A stretch of 40,256 nt of DNA from a virus (Duplodnaviria; Caudoviricetes). The notes under the pieces were generated by a model. That model searched no databases. It worked only from the letters and a program-made list of their open reading frames with translations, and was not told the origin of the DNA. A program made the translations under genes and the position numbers. Every line of letters starts with the position of its first letter. Position 1 is the first letter of the stretch. Shown here in pieces: positions 1-8,355 of the stretch. The DNA lies in the IMG/VR virus record IMGVR_UViG_3300024309_000102, positions 1 through 40,256 of that record; one strand, given 5' to 3'.

Positions 1-1257
1 TCAGGGTAAGGGTATAGGTTTTTTTGCCTTGGCGAGCTGCTCATCCAGGTAATCGGACCACCACTGCATCAGCTCGCGGCGCTCGTCCAGATACTGCGCA
101 TGGTTGTAGGCCCGGCGCACCTTGTTCTTGTCCTTATGGGCGAGCTGAGCTTCGATTGCTTTTTCCCGGAAGCGTCCCGATTCGTTCAAGATGGTGCTGG
201 CCAGGCCGCGGAAGCCGTGGCCGGTCTGCTGTTCCCCGTAGCCGAGAATTTCCAAAGCCCGGTTGATCGTCTCCCCGCTCATGGGGACAGAGTCGGGGCG
301 GCGGATCCCGGGAAACATCAACTCGTGGCGACCGGAATACACCTCCAGCTCATCGAGGAGCGCCAGAACCTGACGCGACAGCGGCACCAGGTGGGGCGGT
401 CCGCTCAGCTTCTGCAGGCGCGTACCCTTCATCCGCTCGGGCGGCACCGTCCACAGGGCGCCTGCGCGATCCCACTCCGTCCATTCCGCCCAGCGGAGTT
501 CGTTCGTCCGAACGAAGGTGCGCATCATGATCTTGATCGCAATGCGCGTTTCGGGCCGGCCGTGGTAGCCCTCCACGCGCTGCAGCAGCTCGGGAAGGTC
601 GGCCTGCTGAACGTGCGGGTGATGTTCTACCGGCGGCCTTGCTGCAAGGAATTGCTCCAGTCCGTAGGTGACGTCCGCATGCACGCGCCCGGTGCCGACA
701 GCGTATCGAAATACCATGCCGATGCTGCTCAGCACGCGGGCGGCCATTTCCAGGGCGCCACGGCGTTCGACCCGTCGGACTGCGTCGAGCACCATCTTTC
801 CTGAGACCTCGGTGACGGGCAGCTTGCCGAAGTAGGGAAAGGCGTCCCTCCTGAGCGCAGATGTCATGCGGTCGAGGTAGGCCGGGCTCCAGTGCTCGGC
901 GCGCGTGCCCAGCCATTCCTGCGCGATTGCTTCGAATGTGTCAGCGGCCGCCCTCGCGGCGGTGGCGCGCGCCAGCTCACGTTGCACGGCAGGGTCCAGG
1001 CCGGTGTCCAGGAGGGCCTGAGCCGCAGCGCGCTGCTCGCGCGCCTTGGCCAGGGGTATTTCGGGATATTCTCCGAACGTCACGGACGTCTCTTTCTTCG
1101 TGCCCGGCCGTCGGTACTTCATGCGCCAGAATTTGGAGCCGGACTTCGCCGTTTCCAGATACAGGCCGCCACCGTCGAATAAGCGGTTTCCACCGGCGGT
1201 CTTGTACTTTGCTTGCCGGCACTTCGCGTCTGTGAGGGGGACTACTTGGCGAGGCAT
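1..1257 (-). CDS. int: Tyrosine integrase with N-terminal arm-binding domain (P4-like)
   Basis: N-term LFDGGGLYL..GSKFWRMKYR..FGEYPEIPLAKAR; catalytic residues in FVRTNELR, HGFR, QLAH, AYNHAQY. Confidence 0.95.
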   Translation of the reverse strand: MPRQVVPLTDAKCRQAKYKTAGGNRLFDGGGLYLETAKSGSKFWRMKYRRPGTKKETSVTFGEYPEIPLAKAREQRAAAQALLDTGLDPAVQRELARATAARAAADTFEAIAQEWLGTRAEHWSPAYLDRMTSALRRDAFPYFGKLPVTEVSGKMVLDAVRRVERRGALEMAARVLSSIGMVFRYAVGTGRVHADVTYGLEQFLAARPPVEHHPHVQQADLPELLQRVEGYHGRPETRIAIKIMMRTFVRTNELRWAEWTEWDRAGALWTVPPERMKGTRLQKLSGPPHLVPLSRQVLALLDELEVYSGRHELMFPGIRRPDSVPMSGETINRALEILGYGEQQTGHGFRGLASTILNESGRFREKAIEAQLAHKDKNKVRRAYNHAQYLDERRELMQWWSDYLDEQLAKAKKPIPLP

Positions 1258-1264
1258 ACAGCCG

Positions 1265-1546
1265 CTACTCCTTTTCGGTGGTGGTTTGTGCTTCGTCGGC
1301 CTTGTAGCCGTCGGGATCCTGCAGCCAGGCTAGGATGTCCCGGCCGCGCCAGGCGGTGAAATGCCGGCCGCCTGTCGCCGGTTTGGGCGCGGTGCCATTG
1401 TTGATCTTGTAGCGCCAGCCTTCTCGCGTGTAGGGAATGCGGGGCTCGAGATCGCGCCAACGGTAGAGGCCGTCCGGGTAGATTGCTTCTGCCGGCTGGC
1501 GGCCGCCGCGCGGCGTGTCCGGGGTGTGAGTATCGGTGTGAGCCAC
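1265..1546 (-). CDS. AlpA-family regulator / excisionase
   Basis: 93 aa, directly upstream of int; YRWRDL...NGTAPKP...TAWRGRDILAW pattern typical of AlpA/Xis wHTH. Confidence 0.75.
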   Translation of the reverse strand: MAHTDTHTPDTPRGGRQPAEAIYPDGLYRWRDLEPRIPYTREGWRYKINNGTAPKPATGGRHFTAWRGRDILAWLQDPDGYKADEAQTTTEKE

Positions 1547-1547
1547 T

Positions 1548-2282
1548 TCATTGCTCCTTGTTGCTTTGCGGCACGGCCAGGGGTCGGAACTCGACCACCC
1601 ACACCCAGGGGTTGCCGTCCCAGGCGCCGGCGCCGTTGATCTGCTCCCACAATGCCCGGAACATGACGCGCGGCATCGATTCGCCCGCCGACGTGGTCAT
1701 GGTCAGGTCGGCGGCGGACGGATTCAGGCCGACGCCCTCAGCGAGTGCATCCATGTGGTTGATGGCCTGGAGCCGTTCCACACGCACGCGCGTGATCTCG
1801 AGCACCAGGCGGCACGCCCAGCGCGGCATGTGGATGCCAGGGCGCAGCTTTCCAGGCGTGGTGATCGTGGGCGGCGTATCGAAACCGTGCCAAGCACCGG
1901 CGCGGGTTCCGTCAGCCTCAAACTGGGTGGGGGCCCACGGCGTGTTGTAGCCGGCGTCCAGCGCTTTCTCCCCCACGTTGTTCGGTGAGAGGCGGTCCAG
2001 GCTCGCGGCGAAGCGGAACGCCTCTCGCACCCAAAGGCAGTCGCCGGGCTGGCCGTAGGGGCAGAGGAGCGCGTCACCCGTGCGGGTGTGCCAGATCGCG
2101 GGCTGGGCGGGGGCGGGCGTGCCGTCAGAGAAGCGCACTCCAGGGCCGCCCACCCTGGTCGGTTCCCATTGGCCGAGCGGGTTGTTGTGGGGAAGCTTCA
2201 CGGCCCGCCGCGTCTGCGTCTTGTCGCCGGCCAGCACGGCGCGGACCATGGCGCCGTTGAAAAGGATGGGGCGCTCTTTCAC
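1548..2282 (-). CDS. Conserved phage protein (ASCH/PUA-like, 'MKERPILF..MVRA..G.KTQTRR' family)
   Basis: GTG start at 2282 overlapping upstream stop; motifs KTQTRR, CPYGQPGD.LWVRE, IHMPRWA.RL.LEIT.VRVERLQ, NPWVWVVEF. Confidence 0.8.
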   Translation of the reverse strand: MKERPILFNGAMVRAVLAGDKTQTRRAVKLPHNNPLGQWEPTRVGGPGVRFSDGTPAPAQPAIWHTRTGDALLCPYGQPGDCLWVREAFRFAASLDRLSPNNVGEKALDAGYNTPWAPTQFEADGTRAGAWHGFDTPPTITTPGKLRPGIHMPRWACRLVLEITRVRVERLQAINHMDALAEGVGLNPSAADLTMTTSAGESMPRVMFRALWEQINGAGAWDGNPWVWVVEFRPLAVPQSNKEQ

Positions 2283-2761
2283 AGCAGGCCTCCCTGTAAG
2301 CTGACCGGGCGGACTTCGCTGCCGGTGTTGTAGTAGGCGACAGGCTCGCCGGCCTGTTCCATGAGGTAGCCGGCGCGCAGCGCGCGCCAGGCCGCGCCAC
2401 GAGGGCCGAAGACTTCGGCAACGCGGCGCAGGGATTCTTTGGACACGGGCGTCCACTCGATTTTGCTGTTCTCAGCCATGGGCACCCCCAGCAACACTGG
2501 ATGCGCGTGCCGCGGCGGACTGGCTGACCTCTGCCATGCTCGCGTGTCCATTAATGATTCATAAAGCCGGGCGGTGCAGTATCTATGCGCCATGCAGTGG
2601 CTTTCCGGCACCTTCCGGATCGTCACCAGGAATGCCATGGCGTCGGCGTATGCCCTCGACGCACGCATCGGGTCGGGGCGCTCATGGCCGAGGGCATGGG
2701 CGCATTCGAGGAGGAGGGAGGCGGCCTGGTCCAGGCGGTCGCGCAGGGTGGCGTCATTCAT
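2279..2761 (-). CDS. Hypothetical protein (possibly chimeric; internal MAENSKIEWT start at 2479)
   Basis: ATG at 2761 overlaps the end of the upstream gene; frame open to 2279. Confidence 0.45.
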   Translation of the reverse strand: MNDATLRDRLDQAASLLLECAHALGHERPDPMRASRAYADAMAFLVTIRKVPESHCMAHRYCTARLYESLMDTRAWQRSASPPRHAHPVLLGVPMAENSKIEWTPVSKESLRRVAEVFGPRGAAWRALRAGYLMEQAGEPVAYYNTGSEVRPVSLQGGLL

Positions 2762-3722
2762 AAACGGCCCCTCCGTCGGTGTGCGAAATGCCGCTATTCG
2801 GCAGGCCGGAAACGCTTTCCTGGCGCGGGCCCGAAGCGGTCGAGGTCGCAGAATTTGCCGGTTTTTCTGCCGGTTGCGTGGCCAGGGGAGCACCATAGAC
2901 TCGCTCCACCATCGGCGCTCGTCTTTCGGCGCTGGTACGCTTGCGCCCGGCGGGTGACTTGCCGGCGACCCGTTGCGCGGACAGGGCGGTAAGCTGCGAC
3001 TTGAGCTTGCGGATGTTCGCGTGGATGTTGCCCACGTCGGGATCGCCATTTTCATCGGGCGGGAACTCGCGCGCATATGCGATGCGGGCAGCTTCCAGTT
3101 GCTGAACGCGCACCGCCTCGCTGGCCTGGGGCGCGGCATAGAGCGGCATTTCGTCAGGCTCCGCGACATGGCCGGCTGGGCGCCAGTACACCCAGGCGTC
3201 GCTACCTTCGTCGCGCACGCCTTCAAGAACATCCTTCTCGATCCAGCAGACCGGCTTCGCCTCCCCGGCTACAGGGGCGCTTGCCAGGGCGGCGCGCTTC
3301 GCCCGTGCTTCGTCAATCGCGTCGAGGCACGCATTCCAGCCAAGCCGAAAGTCCAGCGACCTTTCGTACCGGTCGCGCCATTTGTCTTCACCGCACTCCT
3401 TGAAGAACGTATGAGCGCAGGCCACCAGGTCGCCGCCGGTCATGATGGCATCCAGGACGGTAGAGGCTCGCCGTGCATCCTGCACAAGATCGCCTGAGTC
3501 CAGTCCCGTGTCGATCTTGTTCACCAGCTCGTACAGCGCCTTTTCGAGAGGTAGCGTTGAATCGGCTACAGGGGCGCGCAGCTTGGACAGCACGGCGGCT
3601 TCGACGGCGCGCCACATCGGCAGCAACGCGACGCTGGGGCGCCCGTGCTTTGCGCCAATGTCCAAGAGTTCCAGGTCCGTCAGCACGGCTTCCTGCGCCG
3701 GGGCGGGGGTGTTGGTGGTCAT
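2754..3722 (-). CDS. Mosaic phage early hypothetical protein
   Basis: 322 aa ORF overlapping both neighbours; recurrent APVA linkers typical of modular early proteins. Confidence 0.7.
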   Translation of the reverse strand: MTTNTPAPAQEAVLTDLELLDIGAKHGRPSVALLPMWRAVEAAVLSKLRAPVADSTLPLEKALYELVNKIDTGLDSGDLVQDARRASTVLDAIMTGGDLVACAHTFFKECGEDKWRDRYERSLDFRLGWNACLDAIDEARAKRAALASAPVAGEAKPVCWIEKDVLEGVRDEGSDAWVYWRPAGHVAEPDEMPLYAAPQASEAVRVQQLEAARIAYAREFPPDENGDPDVGNIHANIRKLKSQLTALSAQRVAGKSPAGRKRTSAERRAPMVERVYGAPLATQPAEKPANSATSTASGPRQESVSGLPNSGISHTDGGAVYE

Positions 3723-4336
3723 GCGGCTTTCCTTTTCTCAGTGCGGCAGCGGCGCGCCAGCTCGACGAGCCACGCGGCCAATTGGGGGGGGGTATGCTCG
3801 CGCTCGGCATGCGTGACAAAAGGGCGCCATCCCAGATCGCCCCTTTGGAGGCGTCGTCCGCCATTGCCCTTACGGGTGTCCTGAGCGATTACGTGCGTAC
3901 CAGAACCGAGGGAAATTGAAGGTAGGTCGGGGATATCGCTGGGGCGGCAGCCGACGATGTACAGCAGGGTCTTCTTCTCCGCACGGTGCCCCCACCAGTG
4001 TTGCGATATCCCCAGCGTCCAGCCTCCGTATTGGTCGGCCGGGGCGCCAGGTGCGGGTAACTGCTGGTCTGCCCACAACTTGGATCCGTTCGGGTGTTCC
4101 AGGACGCCGCCATACTGGCGCAGTTGTGCTACGGCCCACCGGGCAAGATCTTTCTCGTCGGGCCGTGGCTTAGCCATATGCGATAAGCGGCCCCATGCAC
4201 GGCAAGGAGGATGGGCGACTACTGGCATGCCCCCGAGGAACGTACGAGCGTCCCGGTCAATGTCATACACGTCCACGCCTGGCAGCGTCTTGTAGGTGCT
4301 GTCCTGGCGGGCGAACAAGACGGCGACGTCCATCAC
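3719..4336 (-). CDS. Short C5-cytosine-methyltransferase-like phage protein
   Basis: VVAHPPC (PC motif IV-like), VLEHP (ENV/ENP-like); SAM-binding FxGxG motif degenerate. Confidence 0.55.
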   Translation of the reverse strand: MMDVAVLFARQDSTYKTLPGVDVYDIDRDARTFLGGMPVVAHPPCRAWGRLSHMAKPRPDEKDLARWAVAQLRQYGGVLEHPNGSKLWADQQLPAPGAPADQYGGWTLGISQHWWGHRAEKKTLLYIVGCRPSDIPDLPSISLGSGTHVIAQDTRKGNGGRRLQRGDLGWRPFVTHAEREHTPPQLAAWLVELARRCRTEKRKAA

Positions 4337-4821
4337 CCCTCCTGCTGCTGAGAGGCTGCACGGATCACGGTCTGAGCGTGCTCACGCATCGTCGCGCGGC
4401 CCTTCTCGGGCATGTGCGACCACGGGTAGTCCATGCATTCGGCCAACGCTTTCGCAGCGGCCTCGATGTTGAGGGCCAGCAGCCGCGCATCGCCAGCAGC
4501 GGGAGCGGCAATGGAAGCGCGCGCCTGCCATGCTTCCCAGGCGCGGCGGGCGTAGGTGAGGGAATAGGAATATCCGTGGCGCTCTGTGCCCAGGCCTTGT
4601 GATCGCATCCAGCTTTCGAACGCCTGGCGCTCGTCCTTCGCATCGTCCTGTGCGCTGGCGGGAGGGGTTGGAGCAGCGTCGAGCATGGCGGCGTAGGCGT
4701 CCTGCATGTCGTCGTCATCGATGCAGCGCACTTTGCTAAACCATGTTTCTGCAAAGGCAACGCTCATGTCTAGCGTTATGGTGGCGGGGACAAGCTTCCA
4801 GCCGGCGGGGAGGGTGGTCAT
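4333..4821 (-). CDS. Phage hypothetical protein
   Basis: ATG at 4821 (MTTLPAGWKLVP..), overlaps downstream gene; 'ERQAFESW..AWEAWQARA' module common in phage early genes. Confidence 0.7.
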   Translation of the reverse strand: MTTLPAGWKLVPATITLDMSVAFAETWFSKVRCIDDDDMQDAYAAMLDAAPTPPASAQDDAKDERQAFESWMRSQGLGTERHGYSYSLTYARRAWEAWQARASIAAPAAGDARLLALNIEAAAKALAECMDYPWSHMPEKGRATMREHAQTVIRAASQQQEG

Positions 4822-4823
4822 GA

Positions 4824-4970
4824 TCAGCTCCACAGGAAACGAGTGATAGCCATACTCACGATGGCGCAGAGGAACAGAAGGCCGGCGAAAGCCCCGACGA
4901 CCAGATAGCCCATCAGGCGGTCAGATGCGTCGTCATCCTCGTCGAGGAGCCGTTTATCTTCATTGGTCAT
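4824..4970 (-). CDS. Small single-pass membrane protein (48 aa; not in the ORF track)
   Basis: GGAG RBS; MTNEDKRLLDEDDDASDRLMGYLVVGAFAGLLFLCAIVSMAITRFLWS: acidic N-terminus plus hydrophobic helix. Confidence 0.65.
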   Translation of the reverse strand: MTNEDKRLLDEDDDASDRLMGYLVVGAFAGLLFLCAIVSMAITRFLWS

Positions 4971-5005
4971 GGCCATCTCCTGGCAAAGTGGTAGCCCATT
5001 GAGGG

Positions 5006-6091
5006 TTATCGGTATGCTTTGGTTAAATCAGCGCTTACGAAATGGCCACGCTTGCGCATGGCGTTCGCGATCAAGGCGCTGTCGTGGTGGCCGTCTGCAT
5101 GCCGCAGCAGGCCCAGATAGCTATTGCCCGTCTCGAAGACCTTTTCTTGGGGCAGCTCTTCAATGCGGCGCAAGGCGGTTCGGATAGATCGTCGGCGCAC
5201 TTCTCGCCGCCATGGTTTGATGACATGGCCGGCGAAATCGACGCCGCGGTCGATGGGCTGGAGGATGGTTTTGCGCGGGTTGAGTTCCAGGCCTAGCCGC
5301 GGCAGGTACGAGTTGACCGAAGCTAGGGCCTGTCCGAGCCACTGCGCGGACGGGTGAAGCAGAACAAAGTCATCCACATAGCGCACGTAATACTTGCCGC
5401 GCAGGCTATGCTTCACGTGCTTATCCAGACCATCCAGCAGGATGTTGGCGAAGAACTGGGACGACAGGTTTCCGATAGGCAGGCCGCAGTGGTCAGGAGC
5501 TTCACACAGACGCTTATGCCTTGGCACTAGGGCCAACGTCGCTCGGTTGCCGCGCACCTCTACGTCGGGCCTTGGGTCGTGGAACAGGATCTGGGCGGCC
5601 AATCGGCGCCACCAGTGTTCTGGAATCTTCCCGCCAACCCGAAGCCACAGATTGCGCTTGTCTATGCTGACGAAGAAATTGGCCAGATCCGCCTTCAGGT
5701 ACATGGCTTGGCGTGACCAGTTCTGCGTGACGCTCCGGATCTTAGATTCCAGGCGTTGGGCGGCGTACAACGTGCCTCGACCGGGAATGCAGGCGCACGA
5801 GTCGGCGATGAAGCTAGCTAGGAAGCGCGGGGCGATTTTGTTGTAAAGCAGGTGGTGAACCACTCGGTCCCGGAAATCGGCCGCCCACACCTCGCGCGGC
5901 TTGGGATGGGTTATCACAAAACAGATCGAGCGGCCGGGGCGGTAAACGCCGCTCCGAAGCTCGTCGTCCAGTTGGGCTAGGTTGCGCTCCAGGTTCATTT
6001 CAAAGCGCAGGGCGCTGGCCGTATTCCTTTTGAGCCGGCGACAGTCGAAGTAAGCCTGCACCAACTCCGCGAACGAATGGCAAGAATCCAT
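5006..6091 (-). CDS. DGR reverse transcriptase
   Basis: YVRYVDD active site, GLPIGNLSSQFFAN (DGR-type GxxxSQ), FRDRVVHH, LKADLANFF; no intron maturase/EN tail; GGAG RBS before ATG 6091 (alternative ATG 6106). Confidence 0.95.
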   Translation of the reverse strand: MDSCHSFAELVQAYFDCRRLKRNTASALRFEMNLERNLAQLDDELRSGVYRPGRSICFVITHPKPREVWAADFRDRVVHHLLYNKIAPRFLASFIADSCACIPGRGTLYAAQRLESKIRSVTQNWSRQAMYLKADLANFFVSIDKRNLWLRVGGKIPEHWWRRLAAQILFHDPRPDVEVRGNRATLALVPRHKRLCEAPDHCGLPIGNLSSQFFANILLDGLDKHVKHSLRGKYYVRYVDDFVLLHPSAQWLGQALASVNSYLPRLGLELNPRKTILQPIDRGVDFAGHVIKPWRREVRRRSIRTALRRIEELPQEKVFETGNSYLGLLRHADGHHDSALIANAMRKRGHFVSADLTKAYR

Positions 6092-6110
6092 AGAAACTCC
6101 GAGCATGATT

Positions 6111-6208
6111 TGCGGACGGGACGAACCCGGAACTCGTTGTTGCGGTTCCAGTTGTTGACGTTGCCGTTCTCGAAATTCACCGCCCAGGCGTTGTTGGAGC
6201 CGTAGGGC
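6111..6208 (-). repeat. DGR template repeat (TR), 98 bp
   Basis: Between avd and RT; reads PYGSNNAWAVNFENGNVNNWNRNNEFRVRPVR with 10 AAY codons; four copies elsewhere differ almost only at its adenines. Confidence 0.97.
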
Positions 6209-6350
6209 GAGATATCACGCTATCCACGTCGCCCCACCGAAGGTTTGCCGGATCAGCGGGGAAACTGCGCGGGACCTGGACGGCCGCAGCCGTTGGTTTC
6301 CACTAGTGCGCATATCGGTGGCCTTGTGGGCCAGCGGCGTGACCAGATCA

Positions 6351-6737
6351 TTAAGCGCGTTGGCCCGGCCGCCGTGACGACGGGGCAGCAAGCGCGTTCT
6401 CGGAGTGTTTCAGCCATCCTGTTGCCTGGCGGCCGATGTTATCGGTCAGCGCGATCGCTTCGCCGTATTGCCCGCGAGAGATCAACCGAAGGTCGGCCGC
6501 CAGCCGTAGCGACAGATTCGCCGCTTCTACCCCTTCCCGAAGGATTCGAATGATGGGCGGTCTGTCCGATGCCGAATTGGCCCGATACACCAGCATGACC
6601 AGCTCGAAGCACTGCTGGCGCAGGCCGGTCCCAAAGTCAGCCTTGTAGTTCCTGGGCATATTGGCCACCAGCTTCGTGACCAACAGGCTCAGGTCATAGG
6701 TAACCTTGAAAATCTTGGTGTCGGTGTGCAGGCTCAT
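6351..6737 (-). CDS. avd: DGR accessory variability determinant (four-helix bundle)
   Basis: 128 aa basic helical protein upstream of TR-RT; MPRNYK..G..LR and IGRQATGWLK motifs of Avd family. Confidence 0.9.
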   Translation of the reverse strand: MSLHTDTKIFKVTYDLSLLVTKLVANMPRNYKADFGTGLRQQCFELVMLVYRANSASDRPPIIRILREGVEAANLSLRLAADLRLISRGQYGEAIALTDNIGRQATGWLKHSENALAAPSSRRPGQRA

Positions 6738-6744
6738 GGCATCG

Positions 6745-6759
6745 GCGGGCTACGCCCGC
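6745..6759 (-). promoter_or_regulatory. DGR target-recognition hairpin after VR1
   Basis: GCGGGC-GTA-GCCCGC, 29 nt 3' of VR1. Confidence 0.8.
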
Positions 6760-6765
6760 AAAGGG

Positions 6766-7179
6766 TTAAAGGGATGAAGCGATGATGCTGCGGACGGGAC
6801 GAACCCGGAACTCGTGGCTGCGGTGCCAGACGTCGACGTTGCCGTGCACGAAATCCACCGCCCAGGCGAAGTAGGAGCCGTAGGGCTTGTTCGTCCAGTA
6901 CCAGTCGTCCTTATCGAACAGGTCCGGCACGTTGATGTAGGCCAGCATCATGTCTTCCTGGTCAGGGGCGCGCCAGTCGCAGTGGCCGTTGACTTCACCC
7001 CGCTCGGCCACGGCCGAAGCCAGATCCTCGAATTCGACGTCTACCAGGTCGAATTCAGCGACGCCGGGAATGATGATGTGATGGGTCACGCCGTCGATGA
7101 GGCGCGACCCGATGAAGACGCCGCCCTGCTCGGGCCATTCCTGCCCGATGGCGGGGGTGCTGGTTGCGGTTGCGGTCAT
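6766..7179 (-). CDS. DGR target protein 1, DUF1566/CLec-like
   Basis: 137 aa; QGGVFIG, DWRAP, WYWT, C-terminal VR ending FRVRPVR; AGGAG RBS. Confidence 0.9.
   Translation of the reverse strand: MTATATSTPAIGQEWPEQGGVFIGSRLIDGVTHHIIIPGVAEFDLVDVEFEDLASAVAERGEVNGHCDWRAPDQEDMMLAYINVPDLFDKDDWYWTNKPYGSYFAWAVDFVHGNVDVWHRSHEFRVRPVRSIIASSL
6789..6886 (-). repeat. Variable repeat VR1
   Basis: 98 bp vs TR: 12 mismatches, all at TR adenines (manual alignment). Confidence 0.95.
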
Positions 7180-7190
7180 GCAAGTCTCCT

Positions 7191-7205
7191 GCGGGCTGCG
7201 CCCGC
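7191..7205 (-). promoter_or_regulatory. DGR hairpin after VR2
   Basis: GCGGGC-GCA-GCCCGC, 30 nt 3' of VR2. Confidence 0.8.
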
Positions 7206-7221
7206 TTAAGGGGTAAATGGA

Positions 7222-7794
7222 TCAATAGGTGAATCTGCGGACGGGACGAACCCGGAACTCGGTGCTGCGGCCCCAGAGGCAGACGTTGCCGTTCTCGAAA
7301 TCCACCGCCCAGGCGTTGCAGGAGCCGTCGGGCGTAGAGGTCCAATAGACCTCCTTCTTGAACAGGTGGGGCAGATTTGCCGCGATGATCTGCTGTTCCC
7401 GCTTGGCGGGCAGGTAGAAGTCGGCGTGACCGTCTGCGCTATATGCCTTGGCGGCACGCGCTGCCGGGTAACTGGCGTTCAGACGGAGGAGGGTATTGGT
7501 GTTCACCAGGCCATCCCAGCTACTTGCTTGAATCTCGCCTTCGTCCGGGCTCCACAAATACTTGCCCTGCAGGTCATCCTCGGCCACGACCAGTCCGTAG
7601 ACAGTGCCGTCGTCGCCTAGGATGTCGCCAGCGTAGATACCGCCTTGGCCGGGCAGCGAAGCGCCGATCAACGCGGGGCGGGACAGTCGGGAGGGTGTGG
7701 AACTCAGGCGCTCGAGGAGCGCGTCAAGCGCGATGCGTGCAGGAACCTCCAGGCGCGAACCGCCGCCCAGATCCAACTGGATCGTGTCGTTCAT
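7222..7794 (-). CDS. DGR target protein 2, DUF1566/CLec-like
   Basis: ATG 7794 after AAGGAAAACC; GQGGIYAG, DFYLPAKRE, YWTST, VR at C-terminus. Confidence 0.9.
   Translation of the reverse strand: MNDTIQLDLGGGSRLEVPARIALDALLERLSSTPSRLSRPALIGASLPGQGGIYAGDILGDDGTVYGLVVAEDDLQGKYLWSPDEGEIQASSWDGLVNTNTLLRLNASYPAARAAKAYSADGHADFYLPAKREQQIIAANLPHLFKKEVYWTSTPDGSCNAWAVDFENGNVCLWGRSTEFRVRPVRRFTY
7236..7333 (-). repeat. Variable repeat VR2
   Basis: 98 bp vs TR: 11 mismatches at adenines plus one T>G near the 5' end. Confidence 0.95.
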
Positions 7795-7881
7795 GGTTTT
7801 CCTTGGGGATTTGCCGCGATTGCGGCGATGGGGCTTGCTCAAGGGCGCAGGAAGCCTTTCGGCGTTCGAGTTCCTGCGCCC

Positions 7882-8355
7882 TCAATCAAAAGGGATGTCG
7901 TCGTCCATGTCGGCGAGATTCGCCGAGGCTGGGGCTTGCTGTGCGGGCTGCCGTTACTGAGGGGCGGGACGTTGTGATGGCGCAGTGCGCTGCCGGCGTG
8001 GCGCGTCATCGTAACCGCCACTACCGCTGTCTTCGCGGGCGCCCAGCATCTGCATTTGGTCAGCAACGATTTCGGTGCTGTAGCGATCCTGGCCGCTGTC
8101 CTTGTCGGTCCATTTCCGCGTCGTCATGCGTCCGGAAACGTAGACCTGCTTGCCCTTGGTCAGGTACTCACCGCAAATCTCGCCCAGCTTTCCGAAGGCG
8201 ACGACGCGTACCCATTCAACGCCTTCCTTCTCTTTGGTCTTCCAGCCCACGGCCAAGGAGAAGTTGCAGACGGCTGCGCCATCGGGCGAATACCGAACGT
8301 CAGGGTCTTTGCCCAATCTCCCGATGAATTCGCATCGGTTGAGGTCATTACTCAT
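7882..8355 (-). pseudogene. ssb: Single-stranded DNA-binding protein with in-frame premature stop at 7954-7956
   Basis: LNRCEFIGRLGKDPDVRY.. OB fold; after TAA the same frame continues RQPAQQAPASANLADMDDDIPFD*. Confidence 0.85.

Noticed and set aside
5006-6106. RT as group II intron, retron or Abi RT
   Set aside because: No maturase/endonuclease extension or retron VTG motif seen; adjacent avd, TR and adenine-specific VRs identify a DGR
5995-6180. 61-aa ORF MNFENGNVNNWNRNN..
   Set aside because: It is the translation of the TR running out of frame into the RT gene; the TR functions as RNA
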